This document shows positions 39,163 to 49,186 of a stretch of DNA of 64,000 nucleotides, in pieces. Within the stretch, counting starts at the first letter, position 1. Each line of letters begins with the position of its first letter. The position numbers and the translations under genes were made by a program. The notes beneath the pieces are model-generated. The model did not search any database. It was not told where the DNA came from and saw only the letters and a program-made list of their open reading frames with translations. Source of the stretch: Bacteroidia bacterium (GTDB lineage Bacteria > Bacteroidota > Bacteroidia > J057 > JAIXKT01); NCBI GenBank assembly GCA_026932145.1, contig JAIXKT010000009.1:14876-78875 (forward strand). Direction: 5' to 3'.

Positions 39163-39750
39163 ATGAAAAAGACACTGTATTTATCCTTTTTGCTACTTCT
39201 TGTTGTGGGTTTGGTGAAGTTTAGCTTTTTTTCCTCATCGGTATCAACAATACCTATTATATCGGAAATTCCAACAAAGGTTTCTTTCATCAAGTCGGAT
39301 GCTCCTAATACTATTTCAATATTTCCTGAAATCCGAGAAGTACAAGTGGTTAGTTATAAAACTGTAGCTAAAAATAAGGTAGTAAAGCTAGTAGCTTCTA
39401 AACCCGTAACCACTACTCAGGAAAATCAAGTTACCCAAAATACTATCCCAAATACAGAGATTACCTACGAAACACATTCGGTTTTAGCTGATAATAATTC
39501 ACTTGCAAATTCCGATACTGTTTCTCCCGAATCGCTATTATGGTTAGATCAAATATTTTCCGGAAATGATACTTTAGCAGAGAATCCAGCCGAAGAGCAT
39601 TTTTCCACTACTAACCCACCTAATGACGACGCTATTGAAGTAGGTACGATAAGCGAAGACGATTTTACAACGGTTCCGGAAACAGGTACAGCAAACAAAG
39701 ATAATTTTATAGCTATTCAAGATGATATTCCCACTGAAAAAGTTGAGTAA
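39163..39750 (+). CDS. Hypothetical membrane-anchored or secreted low-complexity protein
   Basis: The ATG at 39163 gives MKKTLYLSFLLLLVVGLVKFSFF. The rest is T/S/N/E-rich. Confidence 0.4.
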   Translation: MKKTLYLSFLLLLVVGLVKFSFFSSSVSTIPIISEIPTKVSFIKSDAPNTISIFPEIREVQVVSYKTVAKNKVVKLVASKPVTTTQENQVTQNTIPNTEITYETHSVLADNNSLANSDTVSPESLLWLDQIFSGNDTLAENPAEEHFSTTNPPNDDAIEVGTISEDDFTTVPETGTANKDNFIAIQDDIPTEKVE

Positions 39751-39752
39751 TA

Positions 39753-40469
39753 TCAAACTAACTGTTCTTTGTATCGCTGAATAGTTTGTTGAATCCCGAA
39801 ATATAACGCATCTGCGACAAGGGCGTGGCCAATAGAAACCTCCGCCAAATAGGGTATTTGCTGCTTTAAAAACTTAAGATTTTGCAAATTCAGGTCGTGT
39901 CCGGCATTGATTCCGATACCGTTAGCATGAACTTTTTCTGAAAACTCAATATACGGAAATATTGCCTTTTCAGGAGATTGGCTAAATTGTTGGGCATAAG
40001 GTTCGGTATAAAGTTCGATTCTATCAGCAGGTAAATCAAATAATGGTTTTAATTGAGTTAAATCCGGGTCTAAAAACAATGATGTTCTGATGTTGTGTCG
40101 TTTAAAATGCTCTAAAATAGGCAGTAGAAATTTATTTTGCTGAATCAAATTCCACCCGAATGAGCTTGTAAAGGCATCCGGCGGGTCTGGAACAAGGGTT
40201 ACTTGGGCAGGTTTTACTTCGGTTACTAATTCAATAAATTCCGATGTAGGATAGCCTTCTATATTAAACTCATTGTTAATCAGGTTCTTAGAAATATCCC
40301 AAACATCTGATATACGAATATGGCGGCCATCCGGTCTGGGATGAACCGTTATTCCATCTGCCCCAAAGTCTATTGCGTTGAGTGCAAACGCTAAAACGTT
40401 TGGTATATTAATATGTCTGCTATTCCGTAAAAGAGCTATTTTGTTTACATTTACACTTAAATTAGTCAT
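39753..40469 (-). CDS. pdxJ: Pyridoxine 5'-phosphate synthase
   Basis: LSVNVNKIALLRNSR, GITVHPRPDGRHI, NIEGYP, INAGHDL. Confidence 0.88.
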   Translation of the reverse strand: MTNLSVNVNKIALLRNSRHINIPNVLAFALNAIDFGADGITVHPRPDGRHIRISDVWDISKNLINNEFNIEGYPTSEFIELVTEVKPAQVTLVPDPPDAFTSSFGWNLIQQNKFLLPILEHFKRHNIRTSLFLDPDLTQLKPLFDLPADRIELYTEPYAQQFSQSPEKAIFPYIEFSEKVHANGIGINAGHDLNLQNLKFLKQQIPYLAEVSIGHALVADALYFGIQQTIQRYKEQLV

Positions 40470-40475
40470 TATTAG

Positions 40476-41057
40476 CTACTTAATTGTCGGTGGTTTGGGG
40501 GGGTAATACATGATTTTCTTGGGAGGGTTTCTAAAACGTAAACTTTCATTCAAAAAGATAGTGTATTGATTTTGCCAATTAACAAAAGATTTATTCATTC
40601 CCTCTCCTTGCGCAAACAACTCATCGCTTTGTGCCTTTTTGGCAGACCAAATAACAAAGACTTCTTCAGGTTTGATTTTATTCTGATTAACGCTATCCAG
40701 AAAAGCATTAACAGTGAGTAGATATGATTTGTAAGTATTTAAAATTGAGCGATATGAATCTATATTTTGGGTAAAATTGTTATTGAGTTGGTTAAATTGT
40801 ATTTCTGTAATAGAGTCAGATTTCATTGCCTGAATACCGGTTTCGCCTAATGTGTCATGTAAAGCCTTTGTCAAGCTGTCATTTATTCTTTGAAAACGAG
40901 TTAAGTTTTCTTCAAAACTAATTACTCTTTTTCCGATTTCTCCGGCTTCAATGGTTATTGTGTCAATAACTTTTTTATCAACAACTTGCTGGCAAGATGA
41001 TAAAAAGTAAAGCAGTATAAAAGTTAAAATATAAGCAGTAGTTGGCTTCATTTTCAA
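40476..41057 (-). CDS. Hypothetical lipoprotein
   Basis: Lipobox LLYFLSSC|QQ. Helical. No family recognised. Confidence 0.45.
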   Translation of the reverse strand: MKMKPTTAYILTFILLYFLSSCQQVVDKKVIDTITIEAGEIGKRVISFEENLTRFQRINDSLTKALHDTLGETGIQAMKSDSITEIQFNQLNNNFTQNIDSYRSILNTYKSYLLTVNAFLDSVNQNKIKPEEVFVIWSAKKAQSDELFAQGEGMNKSFVNWQNQYTIFLNESLRFRNPPKKIMYYPPKPPTIK

Positions 41058-41093
41058 GGTATAATTTTGGTTGTGTTATAGATAAAAGCGTTT

Positions 41094-43031
41094 TTAAATC
41101 AGGTTATCTAACGTGTTTAGTTCTTCTACAAAAGAGGATGATAAGATAGGAAATCTACACCATGTTTTTGGGTCAAGATTTTTGTCGTCAAGATGAAATG
41201 AGGGTGCATAACGTTCTCTTTTCCACTGATTTCTTGCCCATAATGTGAAGAATTTACGGATATAGTTTTTCAGTGTATTATCATTTGTAATTCCTCGTAG
41301 GGCATAAAACACCTCTGCTGGCGATTTGTAATCTCGGATAGCATGACGCTCAATGAGGTTTAGGATTGGGTATGGCATCAGGTCAGATTCATCTGTTTGG
41401 GTCATTTCGGCGGGTCTTAGTTCAGCGGTAGGTTGTAGAGAGTTTACGTAGTGTAGCTGTGGGATTTTGAGTGATTCTTCTGCCCATTTTAGCCACTGGA
41501 TAAGAAATGCTTTATCAATTCCGCCGAGTGGTGCTAATCCGCCGCAGGTGTCGCCGTCCATAGTTGCGTACCCTACTGCGGCTTCGGAACGATTACTGGT
41601 GGCTAACAACAAGGCAGACCTTAAATTTGCCATCATCCAGATACCGGGTGCACGTACACGAGCTTGTATATTTTGCAGCGTAATATCGTCATCTTTCCAG
41701 TTTAGCTTTCTGCCATAACTATCTTCTACCATTTTGTGGTAGTTATCTAATTGAGGCTGAATGCTCCAGTTGTAAAATTCGGCTTCTAAGCCTGAGGCTA
41801 ATTCGTATGCACTTTGAAGTGTCTGGTCGCTGCTATTTTGGGTGGCTTGGTAAACACACAAAAATAATTGCTGTATCAATGGTTTATCAGTAGCTAAACG
41901 GCAATATTTGATGCGTTCAAAAAAAACGGCATCTCCTAATTCTTTTCGGGCTTCTTCTATCATTTTAGCTATCAAAACGGCACAAACGCTTGAATCTGCC
42001 CCACCGGATAAAGACAACACATAACCACGGCTATAGCTTTTCCGCATATAGTCAAAGAGGGCTAATATCTCGGCACGATAAAATTCCTCTTCCTTAGTTT
42101 CAAAGGATACAGAATAATCTTTTTGGTTATTTATATCAAAACGATATTTTTTACTTTCAAGTGGAGCATTTCCCTGTATTAACGAGATATTTAGATTTGG
42201 TTTAAAGTTAAATGACTTTTTGCGGAATTTTCTGATTCCAATAACATCTACGACAGTTGATAATATTTGAAATTCTTGAAAAGAAAAACGGTTGTTTCTG
42301 GCTAATAAACTTCCATTTTGGCTAATTAAAATTTCGCCATCATAGATAACCCTTCCCGATTCATTGCCCAAAAGATTGCTATAAACATAAGTACAGCAAT
42401 AAGATCGGGAGGCTTCTGTAACTAATTTTTCCCGAATAGCCGTTTTTCCAAATGCAAAGTGAGAGGCACTTGGGTTCAAAATAATATCTACATTGTTTAG
42501 ATAATGTTTTTGTGCCGGGCGCACACCGTTCCACGCATCTTCACATATTTCAAAACCAATTCTAACTCCGTCTATCTCAAACACTAAGTCTCCAAGCGGG
42601 TAGCTGTCTCCGGCAATTTGATGTTTGGTAACAATGTTAGCATCCCATGGTTTAAACCAACGGGGTTCATAGTGGATTCCATCCCCCGCTAAATCTTGTT
42701 TCGCCACAAAACCCAGTATCTGGCAATTTTGAATCAAACAAACTGCATTAAACAAGCAGTTCTCATGAACAATTGGTAACCCAACGCTAACAACAATATT
42801 ATTACAAACAGATGCAATTTTAAGAAGCTCACGCTCCGCTTGTTCTATCAGAAAATGGGAAAAAAAAGTATCTTCACATCCATATCCAGAGATTGCTAAC
42901 TCCGGCAAACAAAGAATATCAACATCTTGATTTCGAGCCTCTTGTATAGCCTGAATTAACCTCCGAGTATTTCCTGACCAATCTAATGGAGTTTGATTAA
43001 CGCATGAACCGGCTATTTTCAAAAATTTCAT
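41094..43031 (-). CDS. nadE: Glutamine-dependent NAD+ synthetase
   Basis: N-terminal CN-hydrolase domain (LPELAISGY, ICEDAW) plus a C-terminal NAD synthase domain with the LSLSGGADSS PP-loop. Confidence 0.88.
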   Translation of the reverse strand: MKFLKIAGSCVNQTPLDWSGNTRRLIQAIQEARNQDVDILCLPELAISGYGCEDTFFSHFLIEQAERELLKIASVCNNIVVSVGLPIVHENCLFNAVCLIQNCQILGFVAKQDLAGDGIHYEPRWFKPWDANIVTKHQIAGDSYPLGDLVFEIDGVRIGFEICEDAWNGVRPAQKHYLNNVDIILNPSASHFAFGKTAIREKLVTEASRSYCCTYVYSNLLGNESGRVIYDGEILISQNGSLLARNNRFSFQEFQILSTVVDVIGIRKFRKKSFNFKPNLNISLIQGNAPLESKKYRFDINNQKDYSVSFETKEEEFYRAEILALFDYMRKSYSRGYVLSLSGGADSSVCAVLIAKMIEEARKELGDAVFFERIKYCRLATDKPLIQQLFLCVYQATQNSSDQTLQSAYELASGLEAEFYNWSIQPQLDNYHKMVEDSYGRKLNWKDDDITLQNIQARVRAPGIWMMANLRSALLLATSNRSEAAVGYATMDGDTCGGLAPLGGIDKAFLIQWLKWAEESLKIPQLHYVNSLQPTAELRPAEMTQTDESDLMPYPILNLIERHAIRDYKSPAEVFYALRGITNDNTLKNYIRKFFTLWARNQWKRERYAPSFHLDDKNLDPKTWCRFPILSSSFVEELNTLDNLI

Positions 43032-43109
43032 AAAAACAATTGTAACCCGAGATGATTACGCTTCAAAATTGACTGTTTTTTAGGAAAAATTCAAATAGTT
43101 ATAAATAGC

Positions 43110-43805
43110 TTATTTTGCCGTTCGCAACGAACTAATAGCAGATAACAGTACGTAAGCCAAAATAATAACCGGAATAGCCATTTTCCCAGCTAATAATATT
43201 GAAACTATTGATATAAAAATCAAGCCGTAGCGGGTTTCATTTCCTTTCCAGCTAAAATGTTTGAATTTTAATGCCAATAACGGTAATTCTGCATTCATCA
43301 AATAGGATTGAAAAATAAGGATTGGGATTACCCAAGCAAAATCAACTTTTACATATTGGGCTATTTTTTCAAAAACCTCCGGTAAAGAAAAGCAAAACAA
43401 AGCATTTGCCGGAGTTGGTAATCCTATGAAAGAATCTGACTGCCGAGTATCTATATTAAACTTTGCCAATCGTATAGCTGAAAATACAGTAATGATAAAC
43501 GGAAAATAAATGATAAACGGAAAATGAGCTACAAGGACACTACTTTTTAACGGTGGTATCAAAAAACAAGCGGGAGCTAACCCAAAGGTAATACAATCTG
43601 CTAATGAATCTAATTCTTTCCCAATCGAGGAACTTACTGATAATAAGCGCGCTACAAAACCATCTGCAAAATCAAATGCTAAACCCGCCAATATCCAATA
43701 AAAAGCAACATCCGGATTTCCATTGAAAGAACTTACAACAGACAAACAGCCGCTTAGTAAATTACAGGAAGTCAATAAGTTGGGAATATGGCTTTTAATC
43801 CGCAT
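43110..43805 (-). CDS. pssA: CDP-alcohol phosphatidyltransferase, phosphatidylserine synthase-like
   Basis: DFADGFVARLLSVSSSIGKELDSLAD matches DGx2ARx8Gx3Dx3D. Multi-TM. The ATG at 43805 (MRIKSHIPN) is preferred; the ORF-track start is 43823. Confidence 0.75.
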   Translation of the reverse strand: MRIKSHIPNLLTSCNLLSGCLSVVSSFNGNPDVAFYWILAGLAFDFADGFVARLLSVSSSIGKELDSLADCITFGLAPACFLIPPLKSSVLVAHFPFIIYFPFIITVFSAIRLAKFNIDTRQSDSFIGLPTPANALFCFSLPEVFEKIAQYVKVDFAWVIPILIFQSYLMNAELPLLALKFKHFSWKGNETRYGLIFISIVSILLAGKMAIPVIILAYVLLSAISSLRTAK

Positions 43806-44364
43806 AATAATGTTGGTTTGCAAGGTATTGCTGTACTTTTTCGGGAACTAAAAATTGAATAGATTTTTGTTGCTTAATAAGATTCCGAATATAAGTAGCT
43901 GATATTTCCATCAAAGGTGCCGGAATACTTTGAATATTTGGGTGCTGCAATGTAACTTCATAGCCCGGTCTGGGATAAACAAAAATCAAATAGTTTTCTA
44001 AAATTTGTTCATAGTTTTTCCACTTCTCAAAATTCTCTAAATTATCAGAACCCATAATCAAAGCAAATTGATAGCTTTTGTATTTATCTGACAAAACTGC
44101 CAATGTATCAATAGTATAGCTTGGTTGCGGAAGCTGAAATTCAATATTAGAAGGCCTCATTCTATCATGGTTTTCGGTCGCAAGTTCTACCATATAGAAG
44201 CGTTCCCGCTCTCCCAGAAGCGATTGTTTTTTTTTGAAAGGGTTTTGGGGAGAAACTACAAACCAAATTTGGTCAATAGCAGCGTGATTTAGCATAGCCT
44301 GCGCAATTACCAAATGCCCCGTATGAATCGGGTTAAATGACCCAAAAAATAATCCTATAATCAC
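43795..44364 (-). CDS. nadD: Nicotinate-nucleotide adenylyltransferase
   Basis: GLFFGSFNPIHTGH and the C-terminal ISATYIRN motif. Confidence 0.88.
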   Translation of the reverse strand: MIIGLFFGSFNPIHTGHLVIAQAMLNHAAIDQIWFVVSPQNPFKKKQSLLGERERFYMVELATENHDRMRPSNIEFQLPQPSYTIDTLAVLSDKYKSYQFALIMGSDNLENFEKWKNYEQILENYLIFVYPRPGYEVTLQHPNIQSIPAPLMEISATYIRNLIKQQKSIQFLVPEKVQQYLANQHYYAD

Positions 44365-44500
44365 AGTTATCCTTAAACTGCGCTAATCTAAACATTAATC
44401 TGATGTACCCAAAATTTAACCAGAATCCAGAAACCTATTGTTAATAATCCTTAAAAATCCTCAAATTACATTTTGGAAACTAATACCCCAAAAATCTTTG

Positions 44501-44508
44501 TAGATTTG
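44501..44508 (+). promoter_or_regulatory. Bacteroidota -7 box
   Basis: tagatttg, 20 nt upstream of the ATG at 44528. Confidence 0.45.
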
Positions 44509-44527
44509 TTCGGCGAAGTTTAATTTT

Positions 44528-45874
44528 ATGCAAGTTGCTCACATAGACGTTTTTTCTGTAAAGGTTCCACTGGGTGGCCAAAAAATTGGTTTTTTTTCTG
44601 AGCCTAAATACTTTGAGCCGAGTTGGATTCCGGGCTTTCGCCAATCCGAGATGCGTATGTATGTTCTGAAATTGACTACGGATACCGGTATTAGTGGCTA
44701 TAGTGCTATGCCCGCAATGGGTACTGAACGTTTTGGCTTAGGAAATATGTTGGGCAGTTATCTTTTTGGGATAAACCCACTTGATACTAAGCTAATTAAC
44801 CAGCGCATTCAGGAATTTTCTTACATAGGTATGCGCAACGGGTGGGTTGAAGCTGCCTTCTGGGATATTATCGGTAAGGTACAGCAAAAGCCCTTGTATG
44901 CTGTCTTGGGCGGTAGCGGAGGCAGCGTTTATCCTTACGCCTCTACCGGTTCTACCTATGACCACAGCCAGCAAAAAATACGGGAAATCGTAAAAGACAG
45001 GCAAGACAAAGGATTTCGTGGCATCAAATTACGGGTAAAAAGTACCGATCTTAATAAGATGCTTGATTTTGTGGGTGCTGCCCGTGAAGCTGCCGGCCCA
45101 GAAATGAGTATTATGGTTGATGCAAATCAAGGATGGCCGGTTGATATTGTAGATGAAACCCCCAAATGGACCCTCGACTTTGCCTTGCAATTTGCAAAAG
45201 GCTTAGAACAATACAATATCAAATGGCTCGAAGAACCCTTAAACAAAGGTAATTTTGCCGGATTAGCAGAATTAACCCAAAACACTACAACACCCATTGC
45301 CGGAGGAGAAATGAACTCTACTTGGCCGGAGTTCAAAGTTTTGTTTGAAAAAAAATGCCTCCGTGTCTTTCAGCCGGATGCAATATTGGTAGGCGGAACT
45401 TACGCCGGAGGTATTTCCGTTACCAAATGGATTATTGATGAAGTAAAACGCAGAAATGCAGCCGGCGAAAAAATAACTTTCTCCCCGCATACATGGACTA
45501 CCGGAATCGGATTCGCCGTTGGACTTCAATTAGTTGGCCTCCTAAACCCCGAAGAAAGGAGCTTACTTGAATACCCATTAGAAGGATTTTGGGAACCCAA
45601 AATGTGGGCTTCTTTTATCAAAAACGATATTGTAACCCCAAAAGCAGACGGTAAACTAACTATTCCCGATACTCCCGGCTTAGGTATTGAAATAAATGAT
45701 GCTATATTACGTAAGTTTGGAAAAAGAATTTATCATGGTGATAAATTTAGTATTGGCTTATTCACTTTACTCGACCGAGGTTGGAAACAAACAATGTATT
45801 TAAAACAAAAAAAAGAAGAGCAGTTATTACGTACTGCACAAGCAAAATTTGAAATTCCAAGCCCCCCATTTTAA
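44528..45874 (+). CDS. Enolase-superfamily enzyme (mandelate racemase/muconate lactonizing enzyme family) with a C-terminal extension
   Basis: Metal-ligand pattern IMVDANQGW, WLEEP, PIAGGE. About 70 extra C-terminal residues. Confidence 0.7.
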   Translation: MQVAHIDVFSVKVPLGGQKIGFFSEPKYFEPSWIPGFRQSEMRMYVLKLTTDTGISGYSAMPAMGTERFGLGNMLGSYLFGINPLDTKLINQRIQEFSYIGMRNGWVEAAFWDIIGKVQQKPLYAVLGGSGGSVYPYASTGSTYDHSQQKIREIVKDRQDKGFRGIKLRVKSTDLNKMLDFVGAAREAAGPEMSIMVDANQGWPVDIVDETPKWTLDFALQFAKGLEQYNIKWLEEPLNKGNFAGLAELTQNTTTPIAGGEMNSTWPEFKVLFEKKCLRVFQPDAILVGGTYAGGISVTKWIIDEVKRRNAAGEKITFSPHTWTTGIGFAVGLQLVGLLNPEERSLLEYPLEGFWEPKMWASFIKNDIVTPKADGKLTIPDTPGLGIEINDAILRKFGKRIYHGDKFSIGLFTLLDRGWKQTMYLKQKKEEQLLRTAQAKFEIPSPPF

Positions 45875-45903
45875 AGCCGCTAATTATTGTTTATTGATTT
45901 TAT

Positions 45904-46413
45904 ATGACTGTTTTTCAGGAAATTACCAAAGAAGAATTACGTGAATTGTTGGTTTCAAATTGGATGACCCATGATGCTATGTGGCTCAACTATATGGCAA
46001 AAGAGTATGGCATGGAAGCTACGAACACCATTAATAAGATAGCTGCCCGAATGATGGCAAGAGTGGAAGCAAAACGGGTAAAAAAACTGCTGAAAATGGA
46101 GAATCCCAAAAACTTAGAAGAATTTAAGGTATTTATTATCAATATATTTGAACTAACACAGGCACATTTTATAAATTTTAACTTTAGCTTTCAAGAGCCG
46201 GATACCATTTTTTGGCATATTCCCCAATGTTTTGCTTTTGAAGGTATGACTAAAACCGGAAATATCGCCCAATACGATTGCGGCATTAAATACCGTCTTA
46301 TGGGTTGGTTAGATGAACTTAACGTGAGTTTTGAAATTCAGCCGGAATTTACCGGTTGTCTGATGTATCAAAACGGAAATTGCGGAATGACCATTAAACT
46401 GAATTTTGGCTGA
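45904..46413 (+). CDS. Hypothetical small Cys-containing protein
   Basis: 169 aa, 30 nt downstream of the enolase-superfamily gene. Conserved-looking Cys residues (PQCFAFEG, YDCG, TGCLMYQNGNCG). Family not confidently recognised. Confidence 0.4.
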   Translation: MTVFQEITKEELRELLVSNWMTHDAMWLNYMAKEYGMEATNTINKIAARMMARVEAKRVKKLLKMENPKNLEEFKVFIINIFELTQAHFINFNFSFQEPDTIFWHIPQCFAFEGMTKTGNIAQYDCGIKYRLMGWLDELNVSFEIQPEFTGCLMYQNGNCGMTIKLNFG

Positions 46414-46503
46414 TTTATCAATTATTATTCAGGAAAATCAATATAACATACTGATAAGGAATAGATTATAGATTTATATCTAAGTTAAGGAGATAGTCTT
46501 AGG

Positions 46504-48459
46504 TTAAAATAGTGCTGTAACTTCAAACTCTACTCGGCGGTTAAGTTGGCGGCCAACTTCATCAATATTGGAGGCAATCGGTTTTGTCATTCCAAATCCT
46601 TTGGTAGATAGTCTGTTAGGAGTTATTCCGGCAGCTATTAGGTAGTTACGAATGGCATTAGCCCGCATTAATGAAAGTTGCATTTTGGTTTGGGGAGCAC
46701 CGGTATCATCGGTATGGCCGTTAATTTGCACCCTTAACTTCGGGTTTTTATTTAGAAAGTTTAAAATTCTATCTAACTCCGGTTTGGATTCCGGACGAAT
46801 ATCAGCTTTCCCTGTATCAAAGAAAATGTTATACAAATCTAACTTAGCACCTATTCCAATCGGTTCAAGTTCAACATCTAAGCGGATTTCGGCATATCTT
46901 TCTTCGTCTGTGATGTAAACATTTTTTCCATAAAACATATATCCGGGAGAAAAAAAGCTGATACTCATCTGATTTGTATCCGGTAAGATGATTTGATAGA
47001 TTCCAAAGGTAGTATCCGTAACGGTGCTGGATAGTTTTGTTCCTTTTCGATTATCTACGAGAGCAACTTCGGCATAGATATATTTTTTGGTCTTTTTATC
47101 TTTTACATAACCGATTAAGGATGTTGGGGTTAAGGAAATGGCTTGCGGGGGTGAAATGGGGTCTCTATAACAGAGCACCCATACGTCTCCGCCGCCTTGT
47201 TTTTGAACGTTTGTTAGGTCTCCGTTTGTAGATTCTGTCATACCCACAACCACATAATCTCCGCTGGGGATTTCATAGCCGGCATAAAAAGATTCGTTTT
47301 CTGACCCGCCAAAGGTCTGTTTCCAGATAAATTCTCCGGTTGGTTTTATTTTAAAAAGCCATGCGTCATAAAGTCCTTTGCTGGTGGTGATGTCTCCGTT
47401 TTTAGAGCGGGTTGTGCCGCTAATTAGGTAGTTTCCGTCATAGGTTGCGGATATGCTATTTGCGCCTTCGTCTCCACTTCCGCCGTAGGTTTTTTCCCAT
47501 TCGATTTCGCCATTTGGGTCGGTAGAAACAATCCATATGTCGCCACCACCTTTGGGTGATTTAATGGGTTCTGCATTTGAAAACGTTGTTGCGGCCAACA
47601 TGAAGCCGCCATCCGGCTTTGTAACAACTCCGTGAAGTTCTTCATTGCTGTTCCCTCCGATAAACCTTTTCCAGATTAATTGGTTTGTAAGTGATATTTT
47701 GGCCAAGAAAATATCTGTTTTTCCATTGTTATAGGTAACGTCTCCGTCATTAGGGCCGGAATCTGTAACTCCGGCAGCTAATAGATTTCCGTCTTTGGTG
47801 AGGGTTAATGCTGAAACACTTTCATTGGCAACGCCTCCAAAGGTGGTTTCCCAGATTAAGGTACCGTTTTTATCCAATCGAAAAATCCAGAAGTCTATTC
47901 CGCCTTTGTTTGCTTTTACGTCTCCGTCCCTTGAGCCGGTTTCACCACCAATGATAAAGCCGCCGTCTTCTAATTGCAAAACTGCATTGGCAATATCATT
48001 TCCGCTTCCGCCATAAGTTTTTGCCCATTTTGTGTTTCCAAGAGCATCTAAACGAATAATGTAGGCATCACGTTTTCCCTTATTTTCAGGTACAAACGTA
48101 TCTTTGGAGTCTGAAAAACCGACGATAATAGAGCCACCATCGCGGGTAACTTTAAGTGCTCTGATTTCATCGGTGCCTTTGCCGCCTAAGATTTGGCTCC
48201 AGATTACATTTCCTTTAGCATTGATTTTTTGCACCCAGATAGCTGCGTCAAGGCTGGTTCGTCCGGCTAAATCTCCATCGCCGGAACGGGTAGTAGCTCC
48301 TACCAAATAGCATCCGTCATGGGTATTTTCAAAACAAAAGGCTGTTTCATAGGCTGTACCCCCAACACATTTTTGCCATAACGTTTGTCCGTTTGTTTGC
48401 AAAAAAACAAGCCCTAAAAACCATACTACAACCCATCTTAAAGCAAAGTAGTTATTCAT
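46504..48459 (-). CDS. OmpA-family protein with an N-terminal repeat (beta-propeller-like) region
   Basis: Repeated ~50 aa units (GG.G.D ... DGG.I..G.T.S.DGD ...W). C-terminal OmpA_C domain: INGHTDDTG ... SLMRANAIRNYL ... NRRVEFEV. Confidence 0.75.
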   Translation of the reverse strand: MNNYFALRWVVVWFLGLVFLQTNGQTLWQKCVGGTAYETAFCFENTHDGCYLVGATTRSGDGDLAGRTSLDAAIWVQKINAKGNVIWSQILGGKGTDEIRALKVTRDGGSIIVGFSDSKDTFVPENKGKRDAYIIRLDALGNTKWAKTYGGSGNDIANAVLQLEDGGFIIGGETGSRDGDVKANKGGIDFWIFRLDKNGTLIWETTFGGVANESVSALTLTKDGNLLAAGVTDSGPNDGDVTYNNGKTDIFLAKISLTNQLIWKRFIGGNSNEELHGVVTKPDGGFMLAATTFSNAEPIKSPKGGGDIWIVSTDPNGEIEWEKTYGGSGDEGANSISATYDGNYLISGTTRSKNGDITTSKGLYDAWLFKIKPTGEFIWKQTFGGSENESFYAGYEIPSGDYVVVGMTESTNGDLTNVQKQGGGDVWVLCYRDPISPPQAISLTPTSLIGYVKDKKTKKYIYAEVALVDNRKGTKLSSTVTDTTFGIYQIILPDTNQMSISFFSPGYMFYGKNVYITDEERYAEIRLDVELEPIGIGAKLDLYNIFFDTGKADIRPESKPELDRILNFLNKNPKLRVQINGHTDDTGAPQTKMQLSLMRANAIRNYLIAAGITPNRLSTKGFGMTKPIASNIDEVGRQLNRRVEFEVTALF

Positions 48460-48497
48460 CTAAAAAAACGATACACTAAGGCGCAAATATCGTTCCA

Positions 48498-49151
48498 TTA
48501 CAGTTCAAATCGAGACTCCCCCACCACAACGTCTTTATCTATTTGGGTAACTGCTAATAAATAATTTCCTTTTTTAAATTTCGTAGTGTCTATAAACGTA
48601 TAAAATTTGCCGGCAAGTGTTGAGGGTAGAAGCTGTGTATGAACCTGTTGGCCGATTTTGTCATAGATACGAAGTAAGAGTTCTTTGTCTTTATTTACGA
48701 TGTAACCTACGGTTAAAATATTGTAGCGTTTATCTATTTCGGTTTCTACATAAACATGAGCGCAATCGGTATCAATGTGCTCTATGGATAGGATTTGTGA
48801 GCCTTTGGGGTCTTCAGCTACTAAACGATAGTAAGAATATTGGCCATGTAGCCGTTCGGAGAATGTATATATTTTTTCGGTTTGGGAGTTTCCGTTGTTA
48901 GATATAATATATCGTCTTTCCCATAGGCCGCCATCTTGGCTTCTTTCGATGGAAAACACCACTTGGCCGGCTTCCTTTTCGGTTGTCCAGTTAACTTCTA
49001 CTTGGTTTATTTGAACCGAAACTTGAAATGAATTTTTTTTAAGGGAAACATCCGCTTGGGTGTCAATTGGATATAGAAAGTTGGTAGTTATTAACCCGAT
49101 TAAGCAAAGCCAAAATCGCATAGGCACTATTTTTGGGGACAAAATTAACAT
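48498..49151 (-). CDS. Small secreted protein with a T9SS-type-A-like C-terminal domain
   Basis: Start at the ATG at 49151 or 49121 (MRFWLCLIGLITTNFLYP signal). The ORF-track extension to 49400 overlaps the CPBP gene and is rejected. The C-terminus reads LLRIYDKIGQQV ... GNYLLAV. Confidence 0.5.
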   Translation of the reverse strand: MLILSPKIVPMRFWLCLIGLITTNFLYPIDTQADVSLKKNSFQVSVQINQVEVNWTTEKEAGQVVFSIERSQDGGLWERRYIISNNGNSQTEKIYTFSERLHGQYSYYRLVAEDPKGSQILSIEHIDTDCAHVYVETEIDKRYNILTVGYIVNKDKELLLRIYDKIGQQVHTQLLPSTLAGKFYTFIDTTKFKKGNYLLAVTQIDKDVVVGESRFEL

Positions 49152-49186
49152 TTTTTCTACGCAATACGTTTGGGTTGTCTTTTTTT

